DNA of 64,000 bases from a virus (lineage: Duplodnaviria > Caudoviricetes): the IMG/VR virus record IMGVR_UViG_2770939586_000001; one strand, 5' to 3'. Every line of letters begins with the position of its first letter. Position 1 is the stretch's first letter. This document shows, piece by piece, positions 1-9,979 of the stretch. The notes beneath the pieces were generated by a model. The model made no database searches. It had not been told where the DNA came from and worked only from the letters and a program-made list of their open reading frames with translations. Position numbers and translations under genes: made by a program.

Positions 1-21
1 TTGGGCGAAAGGGTAGAGCAC

Positions 22-1506
22 ATGAAACCAGTAAACTTATTGTCTTTAGTCAGCGCAAAAAATGACCTATTACCTTCAGTCTTTGGATTATATTTAAATA
101 ATTTTGACATTAAAATAAAAGAAGATGAATTAAGAGATATAGAATCACTAATAAAGGAGATTCAAACTCATTCAGAAAGACTGGGCATTCTTGATGAGTT
201 CTACATAGGTTATACCATTAATCAGATAGGTAAGGAGTTTGATCTACTGAGATTTGGTGAAAACAGCATAATTAATATTGAACTTAAAAGAACGAGCACT
301 GAAGAAAAAATAAGAAAGCAGCTAAAAAAAAATAAATACTATCTTAACTTTTTAGAAAAGGAAGTATTAAGCTTCACTTACGTTGTGGAAGATAGGCAGT
401 TATTTTACCTGAATGACAGTGAGACACTAGAAAAAACTAAGTTTCCGTTTCTAATTTCTAAACTAAATGATCAAGTATTACAATATATTGAGGATATAAA
501 CAGGTTGTTTGATCCTTCTAACTATTTAGTTTCTCCTTTTAATTCAACGGATGCTTTTGTGTCAGGACAGTATTTTTTAACCGATCATCAAGAAACTGTT
601 AAAAATGATATATTAAACTTAAGTACGGAAACGGGCCCTTGTTTTATTTCAATTGAGGGACACGCAGGAACTGGTAAGACTCTTTTAACGTACGATATTG
701 CAAAACAATATATAAGTATTCCAAAGAGTGTTCTTATTTTTCACTGTGGTAATCTTAATAATGGTCACTACAAACTTAGTGAAAAGTATCCATGGGAAAT
801 ATCCCCGATTAAAGATTACAAATTATATGATTTGAGTAAATATGACCTTATAATTATAGATGAAGCTCAGAGAATATATAAAAATCAGTTAGAAATCATT
901 TTAAATAGCATAAAGAATACGAACGCTAAATGTATTTTCTCTTATGATTCTCAACAATGTCTTTCTGCTGATGAGATAAAGAGGAATATTCCACAATATA
1001 TTATAGAAAATGTTTCTCCTAAAATTTTTAGATTAACTGAGAAAATTAGAACCAACAAAGAAATCGCGTCATTTATTAAAAATTTGTTTGATCTATCTAA
1101 AAAAAATCAAAACCAAAAATATTCTAATATTAATATTAGATATTTTTCTTGTGCTCGTGATGCTAAACAATATATAGATGTGGTTGAAGATCGGGATTGG
1201 AAAGTCATAAACTACACCCCACCTTTATATAATGATAATCCATATAAAGAATTCCAGTATGGTTGGAACGATAACGCACATAATGTTATTGGACAAGAGT
1301 ACGATAATGTCATTGCAGTACTAGACCATCATTTTTATTACAACGAAGATAGAAAATTATCCACTAAAGGTTGGTATGGAGCCCATTATAATCCAACAAA
1401 AATGCTTTTCCAGATAGTAACAAGAGCTAGGAAAAAGCTCGGTATTGTTATTATCAATAATGAAGCCGTACTTAAACAGTGCCTAAATATATTAGGATTA
1501 AAGTAG
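22..1506 (+). CDS. PD-(D/E)XK nuclease + SF1-like helicase (DUF2075 / Schlafen group 3-like), candidate defence gene
   Basis: EFDLL..IINIELK nuclease motif, Walker A GHAGTGKT, Walker B IIIDEAQR, VIGQEYD, VTRARKKL; AT-rich; ATG at 22 preferred over TTG at 1. Confidence 0.8.
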   Translation: MKPVNLLSLVSAKNDLLPSVFGLYLNNFDIKIKEDELRDIESLIKEIQTHSERLGILDEFYIGYTINQIGKEFDLLRFGENSIINIELKRTSTEEKIRKQLKKNKYYLNFLEKEVLSFTYVVEDRQLFYLNDSETLEKTKFPFLISKLNDQVLQYIEDINRLFDPSNYLVSPFNSTDAFVSGQYFLTDHQETVKNDILNLSTETGPCFISIEGHAGTGKTLLTYDIAKQYISIPKSVLIFHCGNLNNGHYKLSEKYPWEISPIKDYKLYDLSKYDLIIIDEAQRIYKNQLEIILNSIKNTNAKCIFSYDSQQCLSADEIKRNIPQYIIENVSPKIFRLTEKIRTNKEIASFIKNLFDLSKKNQNQKYSNINIRYFSCARDAKQYIDVVEDRDWKVINYTPPLYNDNPYKEFQYGWNDNAHNVIGQEYDNVIAVLDHHFYYNEDRKLSTKGWYGAHYNPTKMLFQIVTRARKKLGIVIINNEAVLKQCLNILGLK

Positions 1507-1523
1507 TTTGGAAGCCAAGTATG

Positions 1524-1551
1524 GGCCCCTGAATTTTATAAGGGGCCTTTT
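1524..1551 (+). terminator. Intrinsic terminator between convergent genes
   Basis: GGCCCCT...AGGGGCC stem followed by TTTT. Confidence 0.7.
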
Positions 1552-1603
1552 AACTTCTGATAAATAACTAAGTGGCAACTTTTCCAGTGTGTTTAAAATA
1601 GTT

Positions 1604-2683
1604 CTATACTGGACCGCCGGCAGCACCTTGAAATGCACCGGCCGGCAGCTCCCATTTATCCATTATCAAATCTTCTTTCCGAAAGCTTCTGTTCAAAGCG
1701 AGTTGAACCCACTTACTCAATCGAGCATCTTTTGGTAGGCGCTTGAGCGAGCCCATATTTGCCTTTTGCTCCAGTGTCAATCGGTTCGTATCAATAGTGT
1801 GATTTAGTTCTTTTTCGACTTCTACCAGCCGATAAAATCGTTCCGGCGCTATTTCTCTCATCATGGTCCAGAGATCAGCAGTCGAAAAGATACATCCCAT
1901 GCAGCTGGTCCTATTCCAGCCGCAGAGATATGCAGGATGGGGGAGGAGTCGCCAGCGCTCATAAATATCCCAGATTTCTCGTTCGTTCCAATCAATCACA
2001 GGGCGCCAAGCATGAACGATTCGTGTTCTGGAATTGCAAGCGTGTATTTCTGTTTCGGCATACTTTGCACGGTTCGATGATTCTTCCCGGCGCTCACCTG
2101 TGATGACCAGTATCTTTTTCGGCTGCTCCATCGTGCCCTGGAAGCGTGGATGATTGTTCAATACCCTACGGAATACATCAATTTTGACATAAGGAGAGCA
2201 CCACCTAACACGAAGGTCCGGGCTCATGGCAGGCCAGCGTAGGCGAGTTGTTTTCTTTCCGTTCCGTGTTGGTAAATGCACGACTTTTCCGTTTTCACAG
2301 TAGTACACATCTCCTGTCAGCGAGTCTTTTCTCATGAGCTCCCCGTATATGCCGCGCTCTCGCCACTGGAAAGAGGTACGGATGCCGAGCAATTCACCAA
2401 ACGCCTGAACATACGCTTCCGTCACAGGCCAGTCGAGGAATTCTACGGCATCGTTATGCCCACCATCCACTGACTGATGCCAGAGTTCGATCTTTTCCGG
2501 TGGTACACCTTCGTCCAGCTTCTTCAACGTGCAGGCCACGCTATCTTTACCGCCAGACAGTGAAATGATAATGTGGTCATATTCATTTAGAGGGAGGAGG
2601 TCGATAGAAGGGCGTTCAGTTACTTTGGTTTCAATAGAAATTTCCGTGTGATCAAACATATCAATTTGCTCGAATCTACTCAC
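1604..2683 (-). CDS. Phosphoadenosine phosphosulfate (PAPS) reductase family protein
   Basis: PP-loop SLSGGKDS, RWCSPYVKI, GERREESSNRA, RTSCMGCIF; GTG 2683 follows GGAGATGA RBS. Confidence 0.88.
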   Translation of the reverse strand: MSRFEQIDMFDHTEISIETKVTERPSIDLLPLNEYDHIIISLSGGKDSVACTLKKLDEGVPPEKIELWHQSVDGGHNDAVEFLDWPVTEAYVQAFGELLGIRTSFQWRERGIYGELMRKDSLTGDVYYCENGKVVHLPTRNGKKTTRLRWPAMSPDLRVRWCSPYVKIDVFRRVLNNHPRFQGTMEQPKKILVITGERREESSNRAKYAETEIHACNSRTRIVHAWRPVIDWNEREIWDIYERWRLLPHPAYLCGWNRTSCMGCIFSTADLWTMMREIAPERFYRLVEVEKELNHTIDTNRLTLEQKANMGSLKRLPKDARLSKWVQLALNRSFRKEDLIMDKWELPAGAFQGAAGGPV

Positions 2684-2717
2684 AATGTCATCTCCTGGCG
2701 AGTACATTTGAATTTAG

Positions 2718-3566
2718 CTAAATATCAAAAATGTTCATCTGCTTCTCTTTAAAATTCATCAGCAGCAATTCTTCGGCATGGCAGTTGTCTCCGTTGACAA
2801 CCTGCTTATAACTTTCGAATGTTTCTCTTCGCCAATCAGGGTAGATCTCGAGTAAGAGTGGATCATCGTAATATGAAACAATTGCTTTTCCCTTGATGTT
2901 TTGTAGAGGACCTGCTAGTTCTCGATGATCTTGCTCCGTAAATCCCCCGGCATAAAATTTTTCCCGTCCAATATACGGAGGGTCCACATAAAATAGCGTT
3001 TGCGGACTATCGTATTTTTCAATGATCTTGCGGAAATCATCGTGCTCAATCATTACGCCTTTCATCCGATTGGCAAAGGCCTTGATTAGCGAGCAAGCAC
3101 TTTGATAGCCCATCGCTGGGTTTTGATTGGATGATGTACTATGTCTCCATCCAGTTTTGCAGGATCCAGGGCCATTGCCTTTTGCAATGCCCGAACGATT
3201 CAAATAGAAAAAGCGTACAGCTCGTTCAAACTCATCTTCTGGCATTTCTTCTGATTTCCACTTTCCGTATAGCTGTCGACTATACGGAAGACTTTCACAT
3301 GCCTTCGACAATTTTTCAGGTAGATCTCGAGCGACAAGGAGGAAATTGACTAAATCTCCATCTATGTCGTTATAGACTTCATGGCTAATTTGAGATTTTT
3401 GAGTAATCACATGTGCAGCCCCACCAAACGGTTCAACATACGTTTTGTGAGCTGGCATCCGACTGATAATCTTTTTAGCCACTTTCCCTTTTCCTCCAAA
3501 CCATATCAATGGTGAGCGTGTTTTCAATTTCTCCGCCTCACTTTTTCCAATATGTCCAAACCACAC
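2718..3566 (-). CDS. DNA adenine methyltransferase (D12/Dam class)
   Basis: WFGGK, YVEPFGGAA, VYNDID, FYVDPPY motifs; alternative TTG start at 3527. Confidence 0.92.
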   Translation of the reverse strand: MWFGHIGKSEAEKLKTRSPLIWFGGKGKVAKKIISRMPAHKTYVEPFGGAAHVITQKSQISHEVYNDIDGDLVNFLLVARDLPEKLSKACESLPYSRQLYGKWKSEEMPEDEFERAVRFFYLNRSGIAKGNGPGSCKTGWRHSTSSNQNPAMGYQSACSLIKAFANRMKGVMIEHDDFRKIIEKYDSPQTLFYVDPPYIGREKFYAGGFTEQDHRELAGPLQNIKGKAIVSYYDDPLLLEIYPDWRRETFESYKQVVNGDNCHAEELLLMNFKEKQMNIFDI

Positions 3567-3570
3567 GTAC

Positions 3571-5331
3571 TTATATCATCCCGGCCACCTGCCGCTTATC
3601 CAGCATGTACTCAGATACACTTTTCTTGCTCATCACAATGTCATACACGTGCTCATCGACTGTATCCTCACACATGAAGTCCCAGACCGTTACGGGTTTC
3701 TCCTGCCCGATACGGTATATTCTGCTGTAACTTTGTTCGTAATCAGCGTATGTCCAAGGATGGTCGAGGAAGATACAGTGTGTGCCAGCTTGCATGTTTA
3801 GTCCTTCGCGTCCAGCGCCAGACAGTACGGCGACTTTGCAAGCTGGGTCTGTGTTGAATCGATTTACTTCGCGCTGGCGTTCCGATGCCATTAGTAATTC
3901 GGCATCTTCACCTGTCTTTTTCGCTTTGCGCTGCGCTTGCGCTTCTGTTAGTCCCTGTGCGTCTACATCTCCATGAATAACAGCAGGGGAGTAGGCTGCC
4001 AGTTTCTCGGCTACCAAGTCAACAATCGAGCGGAACTTTGAGAAGATGATCGCTTTCTCGCCGCGCTGGGTAATCTCTTTGACCAACCCTATCAATTTGT
4101 CTACTTTCACTGAGTTGGATGGAGAAGTTGGATCGCTAAGTAGGTCAAGACTGGCTGTTACCTGCTGCAAGCGCATGAGTACGGTGAGTGGATTAGACGG
4201 CATCTCAAATGCCGGATTCTCCAACTCGGCCATAATCTCACCTTTGATGATGCTATACATGCGCTGCTGTTCTGCTGTCATTTTCAGCTTCACTTGTTTG
4301 AAAGTGATCAGTGGCAGGTCAAGCTTGTCGCGTTTTAAGCGGCGCAGCATACAGCGGTTAATCATGTCTTTGAGTTCAGCCACACGTTTTACACCGATAA
4401 CTTGTTTGTTCTGGAAGCCGCCGAGAATGCCGTAGCGCCGCCGGAACTGGTACGGATTGTCGTCGGTTAGGCCGCCCCATTTCAGGAAGTTGTACAGCTC
4501 CAGTGGATGATTCTTGAACGGCGTAGCGGTCAGCACATACTTGCGCCGGAACGGAATCGCGTGGATAGCCTTGCCGATCTGCGAGTCTGGATTCAATGCT
4601 ACATGCGCTTCATCCAGCGCACAGAAGTCGAGTACGCGGTGTTTGTTCAGTTTCTTCAAATGCTCAAGGTCACGGCGATATGTGTCGTAGGACATAATAA
4701 GAATCTGATTGTCGTCCGTAGCAAACTCTTTGATGATCTGGTGGCGTGCATCAGCGTTCCCGGCCATGACTACGGCTTTTAAGTGTGAAAACTTCTTGAT
4801 CTCGGTTAGCCAGTTGTAGAGCAGGGAGGACTTGGCGACGATCAAGCCCTTGCGTATATCTCCTGTTTTGGTCAGTGCTTCGACGGCTGAGATAAGCGAA
4901 AATGACTTTCCAAGGCCCATATCATCCGCCAGAATCAAAAAGTGATTTTGTACTAGTGCGTTTACTCCTTGCACTTGATACGAACGGTAGGGCGCAGCGG
5001 TGAATCCGGTGTAGGATATAATCTTGTCACCGTCATACTTGATACTGTAACCCAGCATACTTGGCTGAGTAGACAGTGTTTCTTCCGGTATACCGCCGCC
5101 GATCATGTCGGAAGGGGAGTGCTCGGCGTTGTTCCAGATTACGATGAAATCATTTGTACTGTGGTCAAACTGTGCTTTCATCTCCCAGGGAATAGCCCAT
5201 GCCTGAGCATCACGTACATAAAGAGAATGTGGTACTCGCTTAACTGCTTGCACGTATTCATCGCAGTAGGGGAAGGTGGCTTTGATCCACCACCTTTTGT
5301 CTACCCCTAAGACTTTTTCACATGTGATCAT
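3571..5331 (-). CDS. SNF2-family helicase/ATPase
   Basis: ILADDMGLGKS, LDEAH, LTATP, EGLNMQ, SRIYRIGQ. Confidence 0.92.
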   Translation of the reverse strand: MITCEKVLGVDKRWWIKATFPYCDEYVQAVKRVPHSLYVRDAQAWAIPWEMKAQFDHSTNDFIVIWNNAEHSPSDMIGGGIPEETLSTQPSMLGYSIKYDGDKIISYTGFTAAPYRSYQVQGVNALVQNHFLILADDMGLGKSFSLISAVEALTKTGDIRKGLIVAKSSLLYNWLTEIKKFSHLKAVVMAGNADARHQIIKEFATDDNQILIMSYDTYRRDLEHLKKLNKHRVLDFCALDEAHVALNPDSQIGKAIHAIPFRRKYVLTATPFKNHPLELYNFLKWGGLTDDNPYQFRRRYGILGGFQNKQVIGVKRVAELKDMINRCMLRRLKRDKLDLPLITFKQVKLKMTAEQQRMYSIIKGEIMAELENPAFEMPSNPLTVLMRLQQVTASLDLLSDPTSPSNSVKVDKLIGLVKEITQRGEKAIIFSKFRSIVDLVAEKLAAYSPAVIHGDVDAQGLTEAQAQRKAKKTGEDAELLMASERQREVNRFNTDPACKVAVLSGAGREGLNMQAGTHCIFLDHPWTYADYEQSYSRIYRIGQEKPVTVWDFMCEDTVDEHVYDIVMSKKSVSEYMLDKRQVAGMI

Positions 5332-5383
5332 GTCATGTCATCTCCTGATTTACTATCTACAAAATGGGCTGTTTTGTAAAAAT

Positions 5384-6954
5384 TCACATCGAAAACTTCA
5401 GTTGACCAACAGTCTCTTTATACCTTTCGAACGTCATTACATTCCCAGCCCCTGTACAGTGCTCCGGCAAGTTAGCTCGAACAAGATGCTCCGCAAATGG
5501 TGGTGGTACCGAGTTTCCGCAGCGTTTCACTTGTTCAGCTTTTGGATACGAGTTACCATTGTGATCCTTGCCGATGATATAGTTGCTTGGAAACCCCTGT
5601 GCTGCAAATAACTCACGTGGTTGCAGCATCCTCATTCCAATATCAACGATCTGATAGTCTTGGCCGTGAATAGTAACAAGTCCAAATCTGTCTTTTGTTG
5701 GTACGGTATGCAGTGGCTCTCGTACATCTTGCCCGATGCCAGCACCGTAGTATTTCACCAGAAACGCTCTAACTTCTCCAACATGCTGCCCGCCGGCTGT
5801 AATTGTCGGCATAGGAACAGTTACTGGCTGGCCGTCTTTGCAAGTACCACGAAACTTAACCAAATGACTTGTGACAAGTGCGAATCGGTTGGCTGTACGA
5901 TCGTGTGTAATGGTTCGTCTGGTTCATGACCGCGTACTTCTGTTGGTGATGTTTCGCCATAGTATTTTGATAGAAAAGCTGTTACCAGGGCGTTATGATC
6001 AACCGTCGTTACTGTTGATAATGGCTCGTTGCAATCAGTTCCGGGTCCGGTATATCCTCCACCGTAATGCTTTGCTATGAACGGTTGTATTAATAAGTGC
6101 TCAGCTTTAGTGGTAATCGTAGTTAACGGTTGATTGATTTCGTATTGCAGACGATCTCCACCGAACCCTGTCTGCCCGATCCGCACGATGAATGGTTGCG
6201 GATTTTCTAATACAAATCGTTTAATTCCTCGGGCGATGCGCCGTAATGTATTCTCAGCCAACTGTTTTTTCCGTTCAAATATGCTAGGGCATGGTAATGT
6301 CCAATCAATAATTTCCGATGCTGTTCTCCACGGCATCAAATTTCCTTTCTTAACATCATCGCTATCTGGATCACCGTGCGTAGGCTTCGGCCAAACAATC
6401 GGCTTCCCATCACACCGTGCAATTAGGAAAAATCGTTTGCGTATTGTAGGAGCTCCATAATCGCATGCTCTGAGTTCCCTATAGTCCACTTCATATCCAC
6501 GTTTCTTTAACGCATTTACAAATTCGTCGAAGGTTTCACCTTTTCTATCAGGGTCTGGCTTTCCGTTTTTCAACAGAGGCCCCCATGTCTTGAATTCCTC
6601 TACATTCTCCAACATAATGACCCTTGGCTTAACCGCATTTGCCCATTTGACAGCAACCCATGCTAATCCCCTGATGTTTTTCTCGACCGGCTTGCCCCCT
6701 TTTGCTTTTGAGAAATGTTTGCAATCTGGGCTAAACCATGCCAGTGCTACTGATCGGCCTTTGACTGCTTCTTTAGGGTTCACAGTCCATACTGATTCGC
6801 AGTAGTGTTCTGTGTCTGGGTGATTTGCCTGATGCATCGCAATAGCATCCTCATCATGATTGATGGCAATATCAACACTACGACCTGTTGCCATCTCAAT
6901 ACCGGTACTCGCACCGCCACCACCGGCGAAATTATCGACTATGATCTCCTGCAT
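5384..6954 (-). pseudogene. C5 DNA cytosine methyltransferase split by a one-base frameshift near 5897-5899
   Basis: 5821..6954 has FAGGGG, SPDC, ENV, RKRFF; 5384..5863 has RMLQPREL, QGFP, GNSV; restoring one base at ATC-GT-ACA joins them as ...PLHTIxTANRFALVTSHLVKFRG... Confidence 0.85.
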
Positions 6955-7001
6955 TCAACTTCTCCTTTCCTCGCAATATCACCGTTTGACGTAATAATAG
7001 G

Positions 7002-7349
7002 CTATTCACTATCGTTAATATGTCGTAACCACTTGACATTCGGCATGTAGTAATCGACAAGTTGACTTTTACCACCACGCGGAACAGCTACAATAGCACG
7101 ATTGGTTTTCTGGGCTACATCCTGACCCTTTAACTGATTGCCACTGATACCTTTTGGAAGTATCTGTTTTGCTGATTCACCAGGAGGAAGGTATGTCAAG
7201 AATATGCCGATAGGTTGCTCTTTCTTGACTGGAAATGTGTTACCGATACCGTTGCTCCATGTTACTTTGTCGCCTGGTTGGAAATCTTCCCAGCCTACAT
7301 AATCTACTTCAATTCTGATTTCATCATCGTAGAACATTGGATTCTTCAT
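7002..7349 (-). CDS. Hypothetical phage protein
   Basis: ORF in operon; AAGGAG RBS before ATG 7349. Confidence 0.65.
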   Translation of the reverse strand: MKNPMFYDDEIRIEVDYVGWEDFQPGDKVTWSNGIGNTFPVKKEQPIGIFLTYLPPGESAKQILPKGISGNQLKGQDVAQKTNRAIVAVPRGGKSQLVDYYMPNVKWLRHINDSE

Positions 7350-7395
7350 GCAATTTCTCCTTTCTGTATTTTTCGCTATACATACTCTATACGGA

Positions 7396-7815
7396 TCACT
7401 CACCCTTTTTTTCAGCTGATTTTATCTTTTTTACAACTCGACCGACTGCACTTTTGGAGTAACCGGTTTCCGCCGCGATCTTTCGCACGGTGTACCCTTT
7501 CCTATGCAGCTGCTCAATCTGCTGAAACTTTTCATCTTGCCATCCGAGGGCTTCTTTCAACTCTGGAACGGTGCAGCCAGATTTCCGTGCCTGATAGTAC
7601 AGCCGGTTATAGACCGGAAAAGAGTGTTTCTGGGGAATAGGGGGGAGGGATGTGTCATCTACTAGCAAATATCTCTCATCCCGTAATTCCGGGGCCAGCT
7701 CAATAAAGTAATCTACTGCGTATCGATATAAGCGATAGTCTTTTCTCCTGACTACACTTAGAAATACAATGCCGCCGTTATGATGCTTTGCTAATCGCTT
7801 GGCGACTGGAGTCAT
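7396..7815 (-). CDS. C-terminal helix-turn-helix DNA-binding protein
   Basis: LHRKGYTVRKIAAETGYSKSAVGRVVK HTH. Confidence 0.75.
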   Translation of the reverse strand: MTPVAKRLAKHHNGGIVFLSVVRRKDYRLYRYAVDYFIELAPELRDERYLLVDDTSLPPIPQKHSFPVYNRLYYQARKSGCTVPELKEALGWQDEKFQQIEQLHRKGYTVRKIAAETGYSKSAVGRVVKKIKSAEKKGE

Positions 7816-7841
7816 ACATTTCTCACATCCCTCGCGCTGTA

Positions 7842-8171
7842 TTATCTGCCGCTGTAACGCAAATGAAGGGCTTCGAATACCATTTCTTTATTGTCGCTAT
7901 CCAGATAATCCATGTCACCTAGATTGACTTTGTTATGATCGTTGAAGCAGTTTAGTGCAAGATTTAACATGAACTTTTCTGCTGGAGACCAGGCGCGTGC
8001 AGCTCGTTTGAGTTTAGCGATTTCGATCTGCTCACCTTTGAAGTCTACAAGGTGGATATATTGACTAAGCAGCTCATGCTGGGTAAAGAGGTAAATGATT
8101 GGGCGCCAGTACTGGCTGCGGTATAAATGATCGGGGATAGTCTGGCAAACGATTGGTTCAGTAGTTTTCAT
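7842..8171 (-). CDS. Hypothetical protein
   Basis: GGAGATGA RBS, operon context. Confidence 0.7.
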   Translation of the reverse strand: MKTTEPIVCQTIPDHLYRSQYWRPIIYLFTQHELLSQYIHLVDFKGEQIEIAKLKRAARAWSPAEKFMLNLALNCFNDHNKVNLGDMDYLDSDNKEMVFEALHLRYSGR

Positions 8172-8240
8172 TTTATCATCTCCTGATCTACTTTCATCTA
8201 CTTACAGTATATTTAATGGGCAAGGCACATATACAGACAA

Positions 8241-8327
8241 TTATTTCTCCAGACGACTACGCATTTCTTTGAGCATACGGCGAATGTCGCGGCCCTTACC
8301 AGCATAGACGAACATTATACGGTGCAT
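8241..8327 (-). CDS. 28-aa MciZ-like micropeptide (not in ORF track)
   Basis: MHRIMFVYAGKGRDIRRMLKEMRSRLEK; GGGGATGA RBS; overlaps upstream stop; shares GKxx[ED]IRxxLKE with B. subtilis MciZ. Confidence 0.55.
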   Translation of the reverse strand: MHRIMFVYAGKGRDIRRMLKEMRSRLEK

Positions 8328-9568
8328 GGTATCATCCCCTGTTCAGTAGTGAAATCATGAATTGGAACGAAACTATCACGGTTAATGAAAGTAAAGTTGT
8401 ATATGAAATCTGCCCATCCTTCGAAAATCCGCATGTACATCGTTTTTCCATCGCGGTGAATACACTCCAGTAGTACCCAGTCGTATTGATCTGATTTGTA
8501 TAGACGAACCGGAACGCCGATGCCTGTTTTCTGCCAGTGGGCCAGACGTGTAGAAATGTACTTGTTTTGCTCGGATGTGAGTTCTGGGTGAGAGAATACT
8601 GTATGCTCAACATGGTTCTGATACTCCCGAATTAGCGTGTATTTCTCAAGCTCGAATTTTTCAGCGGCTCCGCTTCGTTTCTGATTGCCAGCTATATCCC
8701 ACATGAAACAAAATGGATATGGTGTTTCGAGTGATGTATTTACACATTCCAGGATGATATGGCCGTCTTTGTCTTGGAACAGACGTAGCGGCTTGACGTT
8801 CGGTTTGCTCAAGCGTGCATCCAGTGCGACCTGTTGTGCATCGGTGAGTTGGGGCTCGGCAGGTTGTGAATCTGTACTGGGATCTCCTGTGCTTGACTCG
8901 CCGGAAAGAGACTGTGCGAACCCTAGGCGCTCCGGCGTTTGTTTGGCGATCCATGCCTTTTTAGGCTGGAACCAGCGGAATCCATGTGCTTTGAGCTGGG
9001 CGAGAACTTCCGGTGCTGGCTTGGATCCGAAACTAACTTCGATACCGTTCTTTTCTTCGTTGAGTGTGATAGTGACAGACTCGGATGGTTCACTGATTTG
9101 TGCGACTTCTTCAGTGATCATGGTAGTTTCTGCACTTGTCTGGGATTGCTTGCGCTCGGCTTTTTTCGCTTGCCATTTTGCCAGACGCTCGGCATACAAT
9201 TCATCAGCAATGCGATTGTACTCTTCGCGGTAGCGGCGGAAGTATGAGTGATCTTGCTCGTACTGCTCAATTAGTTCCTGGTCCATACGCTCCATGATGG
9301 CCGCACGTACTTCATCCGTTTCACTGGCTTGGGCTGTGATGAACATGTTACCGCCGCTCAAAATTTCTCCAGTTGCATCGCAGTAGCGAACTTTCGCGAA
9401 AGAGTCTGTGATTGTGGAAACAGTGGCAGTAGACGGCAGACCATCCCAAGATACGCGAATAGATGCACCCAGGGAATAGCGCTCGGATCGGACAGAGAAC
9501 TTTGTAGCTGGGAATTCCTTTTTCAGAACAGTGCGGATTTGCTTTGCGATTTCTACAACATCAGCCAT
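8315..9568 (-). CDS. LPD29 (large polyvalent protein-associated domain) containing protein
   Basis: AKQIRTVLKKEFPATKFSVRS..GASIRVSW N-terminus; EKNGIEVSFGSKP..LKAHGFRW..KKAWIAK domain; ATG 9568 after GGAGATGA. Confidence 0.75.
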   Translation of the reverse strand: MADVVEIAKQIRTVLKKEFPATKFSVRSERYSLGASIRVSWDGLPSTATVSTITDSFAKVRYCDATGEILSGGNMFITAQASETDEVRAAIMERMDQELIEQYEQDHSYFRRYREEYNRIADELYAERLAKWQAKKAERKQSQTSAETTMITEEVAQISEPSESVTITLNEEKNGIEVSFGSKPAPEVLAQLKAHGFRWFQPKKAWIAKQTPERLGFAQSLSGESSTGDPSTDSQPAEPQLTDAQQVALDARLSKPNVKPLRLFQDKDGHIILECVNTSLETPYPFCFMWDIAGNQKRSGAAEKFELEKYTLIREYQNHVEHTVFSHPELTSEQNKYISTRLAHWQKTGIGVPVRLYKSDQYDWVLLECIHRDGKTMYMRIFEGWADFIYNFTFINRDSFVPIHDFTTEQGMIPCTV

Positions 9569-9946
9569 ACATATCATCTCCTTGTAAATTGTCCCAGTTA
9601 TATTTAGGGTAGAATAGCCAGATTGAAACACTGGTGGGAAAATGCCTACATCTAATGCCGTTAATAGCGAGTGACACAATAAAGAGAGTACGGATAGGGG
9701 TAACAGGATACGGCGATGGATGAGAGAGGAGGGAGGCATGGTGAGAAAAGGGTGAAGGGGTGTCTGCTCCCGCCAGCATACTCGGATATAACTTTTCCAT
9801 GCGTTGCACCATGCATATCGCGTACATTAGTGCCTGTATATGCGTATATCATCCGTGTTTTTCACCTCGAAATGCCACTCGTTCACATATCCGAATACAC
9901 CACTTGCGCCAGAATATCCGAACAATACCATTTGCAGTAGGTAGAA

Positions 9947-9978
9947 CAGGAGAGGGGAGTATAAACTCCCGCGCCCTG
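9947..9978 (-). terminator. Hairpin directly after the radC stop
   Basis: GGGAGT-TTAT-ACTCCC core on the minus strand with an extended CAGG/CCTG stem; no strong U-tract. Confidence 0.4.
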
Positions 9979-9979
9979 G

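Noticed and set aside
1604-2683. Complete Dnd/Ssp phosphorothioation system or cysH
   Set aside because: No dndB/D/E, ssp or sulfate assimilation genes nearby; only the fold family can be supported
9569-9739. N-terminal extensions such as MICM on several ORFs
   Set aside because: They result from translating through the GGAGATGATATGT RBS/spacer; the real starts are the downstream ATGs
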